This document shows positions 60,045 to 64,000 of a stretch of DNA of 64,000 bases, one piece after another. The stretch is from Candidatus Geocrenenecus arthurdayi (lineage in GTDB: Archaea > Thermoproteota > Nitrososphaeria_A > Caldarchaeales > Wolframiiraptoraceae): positions 21,193 to 85,192 of the forward strand of contig JAKCEX010000001.1 of assembly GCA_023539395.1 (NCBI GenBank). The letters run 5' to 3'. How positions within the stretch are numbered: the first letter of the stretch is position 1; every line of letters begins with the position of its first letter. Under the pieces are notes generated by a model. That model was not told where the DNA came from, made no database searches, and saw only the letters and a program-made list of their open reading frames with translations. Position numbers and translations under genes: made by a program.

Positions 60045-61507
60045 AGATAGATATGAGTTTCCCTGCAAGGAAGTATAAACTCTATGCTACGTGGAAACGC
60101 GATATGGAGATTATGAAGCTACCCTTCCCAAGAGAGTGGAGTCATACACAGTTTAATCTACCACCCAATTGGAGGGAAATAGCTTTAAAGAAGATGGATG
60201 AAGTGGTAAAGAAGTTTAGGTCTGTTAAGCTCTTCCTAGATATATGCGTAAAATGTGGAGCATGCACAGATAAATGTCCATTCTTCCTCGGCACATTAGA
60301 CCCCAACAATATGCCGGTTGCAAGACAAGACCTATTCAGATCAGTCTATAAGAGATACTTTACGTTAACTGGCAGGGTCTTCAGGGGGCTTGTTGGAGCA
60401 GAAGAACTTACAGAGGAAACAGTAGAGCTTTGGTATACCTATTTCTATCAATGTTCTCAATGTAGAAGATGCTCCGTCTTCTGCCCCTATGGTATAGATA
60501 CTGCGGAGATAATGATTGCCGCTAGAGAAGTGCTTACAGCAATAGGTCTCAGCCCAAGGTCGCTTACTGAAGCAATAGCTAAATGTGAAACCATAGGAAA
60601 CCACATGGGCATACCTCCAGCAGCTTTACTCAGTGCCATACAATTCGCAGAAGAAGAAATAAAAGAAGAGACAGGAATAGAAGTTAAGGTACCGATAAAC
60701 AAGAAGGGTGCAGAGATACTCTATGTTCCGCCTTCTGCGGACTTCTTTGGGGGACCCCACTGGGGGACGCTTAAAGGAGCTATAAAGATGTTCCATCAGA
60801 TCGGGTTAGACTATACAATAAGCACTTATGCAAGTGAAGGTGGTAATTTTGGTACATGGCTTGGATATGAGCATATGAAGAAGATAAATAAGAAGCTTGT
60901 TGAAGAAGCTAGGAGGCTTGGTGTTAAATGGATACTTGGTGGAGAATGCGGACATATGTGGAGGGTTATCCACGCTTTCATGGATACTATGAATGGACCA
61001 CTAGATTTCTTGGAAGAACCTGTCTCACCTATAACTGGTACAAAGTTTGAGCATGCAGCATCTACCAAGATGGTTCATATCTGCGAGTTTACAGCAGACT
61101 TGATAAAACATGGAAAACTTAAGTTAAACCCGGATGCAAATAATCAGTACATTGTTACATATCATGATTCATGTAATCCGGCCAGGGTTATGGGGCTTAT
61201 AGAGGAACCCAGATACATACTAAAGAATGTATGCAGGAATTACGTAGAGCTTGACCCGAATGTAAACAGAGAGAAAACTATATGCTGTTGTGCAGGTGGG
61301 GGGTTACTTGCAGATGAGACAATTGAATTAAGACTTAAAGCTATTAGACCAAAGATCGAAGCTATAAAGAGGACTGGTGCAAACTTCTTGGCATGCATAT
61401 GCGCGATAGATAAAGCAGCATTCACTGAATATTTTGAGCATTACAAACTACCCATAACAGTTGGAGGAGTTCATGAACTAGTTGGAAACGCATTAGTGTT
61501 TGATTAA
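60041..61507 (+). CDS. dsrK: DsrK catalytic Fe-S subunit
   Basis: DICVKCGACTDKC, DP.NMPVAR, QCSQCRRCSVFCPYGIDTAE, SEGGNFG, GECGHMWR, HDSC, CCCAGGG, GVHELVG. Confidence 0.95.
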   Translation: MKIDMSFPARKYKLYATWKRDMEIMKLPFPREWSHTQFNLPPNWREIALKKMDEVVKKFRSVKLFLDICVKCGACTDKCPFFLGTLDPNNMPVARQDLFRSVYKRYFTLTGRVFRGLVGAEELTEETVELWYTYFYQCSQCRRCSVFCPYGIDTAEIMIAAREVLTAIGLSPRSLTEAIAKCETIGNHMGIPPAALLSAIQFAEEEIKEETGIEVKVPINKKGAEILYVPPSADFFGGPHWGTLKGAIKMFHQIGLDYTISTYASEGGNFGTWLGYEHMKKINKKLVEEARRLGVKWILGGECGHMWRVIHAFMDTMNGPLDFLEEPVSPITGTKFEHAASTKMVHICEFTADLIKHGKLKLNPDANNQYIVTYHDSCNPARVMGLIEEPRYILKNVCRNYVELDPNVNREKTICCCAGGGLLADETIELRLKAIRPKIEAIKRTGANFLACICAIDKAAFTEYFEHYKLPITVGGVHELVGNALVFD

Positions 61508-61656
61508 TTCAGAGTTCAGGCTATCTATATCTAAAATCGTAACCTAGACGGTACCCGGCGAATGATAGGCTAGCACTTCATACAAATATTGATAATCCGA
61601 TAATGACTACACAATGCTTAAGAATGCTCTGAAAGGAAAGAACTATTGGAGGAGGA

Positions 61657-62475
61657 TTGATGAATTTAATCTTGGAACCATATATCCCTGAGCAGATAAT
61701 AGACTATTTTCAGTCTATTTCCAATTTAACAGCCAGATTATTGGGACGTTATCTTGTATATATAGGTAGGAGAACAATCGTAATCGTAGGATATCCAGTT
61801 AGTGGAGAATATAGAGAAGAAGACATTGTTAAGATAGTTCAAGAGAGTCTACAAGGGGGGATGGAAGACATAATAGTTATAGCCCCAAGACTACCTCCAT
61901 GTTTAAGATTTGAAGAAGTTAGAATAGATGACTATTATAGATTGACTCTTCCTGTAAAGGAAGTAGGTAAGAAATTGAGATACATGATTTCCAGAGCGTC
62001 TAGAGAGCTAACAGTAGAAGTTGATAAGAAATTAACGAAGTCTCATAAAAGAATTATGATGGATTTTCTAAAGAGACCGGATGTTGAAAAATACATGGAG
62101 TATGTCTGTAGCCGCTTAGACTACTATCTTTCCAGGTCTAATACTGTTAGGACTATCAATGCATTTAGAAAAGATGGTGGATTAGCAGGTTTCAATGTAA
62201 TCGACCTCCCTTCAGGCGATTATTCTTTCTATATGTTTAATTTCATAGATAGAACCGAAGGGTATGTCCCTGGGGTTTCCGATCTCCTATTATATAATTC
62301 TCTGAGAATCTCATATGATGAAGGGAAGAGATATGTTAACATGGGGCTTGGGATAAATGAGGGTACGAAGAGATTTAAGATAAAATGGGGGGCTACACCA
62401 TTCTTACCATATCAATATGGGGTGATAAAACAAGCTAGTATATATGAAGCGTTCGATATATTCTCAAAGCTTTAG
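61657..62475 (+). CDS. GNAT/FemAB-fold hypothetical protein
   Basis: KKLRYMISRA, PG.SDLL, Y.NMGLG.N.G...FK.KWG typical of acyl/aminoacyl-transferase fold. Confidence 0.6.
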   Translation: MMNLILEPYIPEQIIDYFQSISNLTARLLGRYLVYIGRRTIVIVGYPVSGEYREEDIVKIVQESLQGGMEDIIVIAPRLPPCLRFEEVRIDDYYRLTLPVKEVGKKLRYMISRASRELTVEVDKKLTKSHKRIMMDFLKRPDVEKYMEYVCSRLDYYLSRSNTVRTINAFRKDGGLAGFNVIDLPSGDYSFYMFNFIDRTEGYVPGVSDLLLYNSLRISYDEGKRYVNMGLGINEGTKRFKIKWGATPFLPYQYGVIKQASIYEAFDIFSKL

Positions 62476-62483
62476 ACGGTGTC

Positions 62484-62669
62484 TTATGTTTTCTTTTCTG
62501 CAGTCTTGAACTTTGTGAAATGGCAGTTGCCACAATAGTATCTATCTTCATGTTCAGCCATGATGTATCCTTCACCGCATCTGGGGCAGAAGACTACAAG
62601 CTTACTCAGGATATTACTCTTCACAGAATATTTCTTCCATAATTTAGCTTGTTTTCCCAATCTTCTCAC
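62484..62669 (-). CDS. rps27ae: 30S ribosomal protein S27ae
   Basis: CPRCG...MAEH.DR..CG.C..T. Confidence 0.95.
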   Translation of the reverse strand: MRRLGKQAKLWKKYSVKSNILSKLVVFCPRCGEGYIMAEHEDRYYCGNCHFTKFKTAEKKT

Positions 62670-62958
62670 TCTCCACGCTTATTAATGCATGTTTCCTTAG
62701 TACATGCTTTCTCTCAAATCTCATAGCATACTCTACATCATCATATATGTGAGCATGTATTCTCGCTTTCCGGGAACCAAAGACGCTTTTAATCTCTTCT
62801 ACTATAACTCTTTCAATAGGCGTATCAAATTGTTCAGAGATGAATTTCCTAACTTCTTCACGTTTAGGTGTAGAAGATTCATACGTGAGGATTAATTCAA
62901 GATCCCTTCTATTCAATAGCTTATTATACCAATCCTTCTCTACTTTCTCTATCTTCAT
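62644..62958 (-). CDS. rps24e: 30S ribosomal protein S24e
   Basis: N.LL.RR, STPKR, FG, HIYD, E..H.L. Confidence 0.93.
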   Translation of the reverse strand: MKIEKVEKDWYNKLLNRRDLELILTYESSTPKREEVRKFISEQFDTPIERVIVEEIKSVFGSRKARIHAHIYDDVEYAMRFERKHVLRKHALISVESEKIGKTS

Positions 62959-63398
62959 GCTGTCTTAGCCCCTTCTGCTTCTTTTGTAAGAGGCTTATAC
63001 GGTATGAGCACAGCATTTACCTGTGCTATAGCTTCACTGATAACATTCCCTCTAACCATCTTCCTCTTTCTAAGCCCCTTCTTCCTCCTTCTCAATCTTT
63101 TCTTCTTCTTTTTTGATGAAGGTTTATCCTTGGGGTGGAATCCTACTCCTCCTGAAAGTAGTATCCTTACTTTTCTCGGTCCACTAACATCTGGACGCAT
63201 AGGGAACCCATCTCTATCCGTGCCTCCAGTAATCTTTATCTTGTATCCTTTAAACCCTAGTATAGACCCATCTATTTCATCTCCAATCTTCTTACCGATA
63301 AGTAATTGGAAAACTCTAGAATCAAGCTGGATACTCTTTGCTGTACCATCGGCTGGGTTAGACAATACAAGCTTCGGAGCAGCACTTTTCTCAGACAT
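62955..63398 (-). CDS. rps6e: 30S ribosomal protein S6e
   Basis: GKKIGD, ITGGTDRDGFPMR, G.RKRK.VRGN. Confidence 0.96.
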   Translation of the reverse strand: MSEKSAAPKLVLSNPADGTAKSIQLDSRVFQLLIGKKIGDEIDGSILGFKGYKIKITGGTDRDGFPMRPDVSGPRKVRILLSGGVGFHPKDKPSSKKKKKRLRRRKKGLRKRKMVRGNVISEAIAQVNAVLIPYKPLTKEAEGAKTA

Positions 63399-63481
63399 TT
63401 TTCAATCATCTGAAAGTTTAATCCAGTATATAAACTAGAATAAAGATAGTATAATTTAAACTAGAATTCATTCATCCAATC

Positions 63482-64000
63482 TTATCTAGCCCACAGAGGA
63501 TTAATCGACCGTTTTATCTCAATTATCTCTTGTAAAGCTTTTCTGGATTCTTCATCTAGCATGTCATAGTATTCTTTCTGTAGTAATCTTGCATCTTGTT
63601 CTGGAAGAGCTGTATAGAGTATTTCTCCTTCTTTTATATGTCTTCCTATGATTGGTTCTCTCATTGATATTGCTACTCTAGCTCCCGTAGTTGCTTCGTG
63701 TATGCTTTGACCTCTATCTTGTATCTGAGAGATCGTGCCAACTACTTTCCCCTTAGAATTCATTAATGGATATTTCGGTCTAATAGTTCCAGCTAGTATT
63801 TCTACTCCAACGATTGCAGGCTCACTTCTCCTAAAAACGTATCCTTCCATTATCTTGATCTTTCCAGGCTTCATTAAGGATTCAAATGTTCTAAGCTTAC
63901 GTGTAGTAGTTTCTTTCTCAACCCATTCAAGGTATGTGTTAACTAGTCTGAACAGGACCGAGTCTTTAAAGATTCGTATACCTCTATTGTTTGCTTCAAT
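63482..64000 (-). CDS. infB: Translation initiation factor aIF5B/IF-2, C-terminal part
   Basis: PGKI.I..G.VFRRS.PAIVGVE.L.G, VAIS, GR.I.EG; frame open beyond the window end. Confidence 0.93.
   Translation of the reverse strand: MEANNRGIRIFKDSVLFRLVNTYLEWVEKETTTRKLRTFESLMKPGKIKIMEGYVFRRSEPAIVGVEILAGTIRPKYPLMNSKGKVVGTISQIQDRGQSIHEATTGARVAISMREPIIGRHIKEGEILYTALPEQDARLLQKEYYDMLDEESRKALQEIIEIKRSINPLWAR

Noticed and set aside
61555..61635. Possible C/D box sRNA (ATGATAG...CCGA...ATGACTA...CTGA)
   Set aside because: Boxes are degenerate and guide spacing is irregular; a similar ATGATGA near 33403 lacks a properly spaced D box.
1..64000. CRISPR arrays, rRNA genes, prophage or integrase genes; the many antisense ORFs in the track
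   Set aside because: No regularly spaced repeats, rRNA-like sequence or viral hallmark genes were seen; antisense ORFs overlap well-supported genes.

Overview
AT-rich archaeal chromosome segment from a TACK-type thermophile. Caldarchaeales/'Aigarchaeota' is my best guess, inferred from archaeal S6e/S24e/S27ae, aIF5B, BHB tRNA introns, the ADH-type shikimate pathway, fused GuaA and bacterial-type DsrAB. The left half (1-33.7 kb) is mostly housekeeping: thiL, hisC-like, ECF/DUF4430 uptake, KaiC-HTH, the archaeal aromatic pathway in an ask-asd-aroA'-aroB'-aroD-aroE-aroK operon plus aroA-aroC, thrB, trxB, guaA, a two-subunit proline/sarcosine-type dehydrogenase and six tRNAs. The right half (33.7-62.5 kb) is a sulfite-respiration island with dsrAB, a divergent dsrD, ferredoxin, two dsrMK pairs, dsrC, dsrN, a full glutamate-to-siroheme pathway, TerC and YeiH transporters, IS6 relics and a frameshifted HEPN-MNT pair. 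Main highlights: (1) an unannotated 23-aa Phe/Trp/Tyr-rich leader peptide in a structured 5' leader of the ask-asd-aro operon, a candidate archaeal ribosome-dependent attenuator; (2) a dsrC-Rieske-cytochrome b-small TM-dsrM-dsrK operon without dsrJOP, in which the Rieske lacks its disulfide and the cyt b lacks one heme bH His; (3) a 14-bp palindrome at fixed spacing from TATA in the dsrA, dsrC, yeiH and terC promoters; (4) a tRNA-Leu with two introns separated by a 6-nt exon. Product calls come from motif recognition by eye; no database searches were run.
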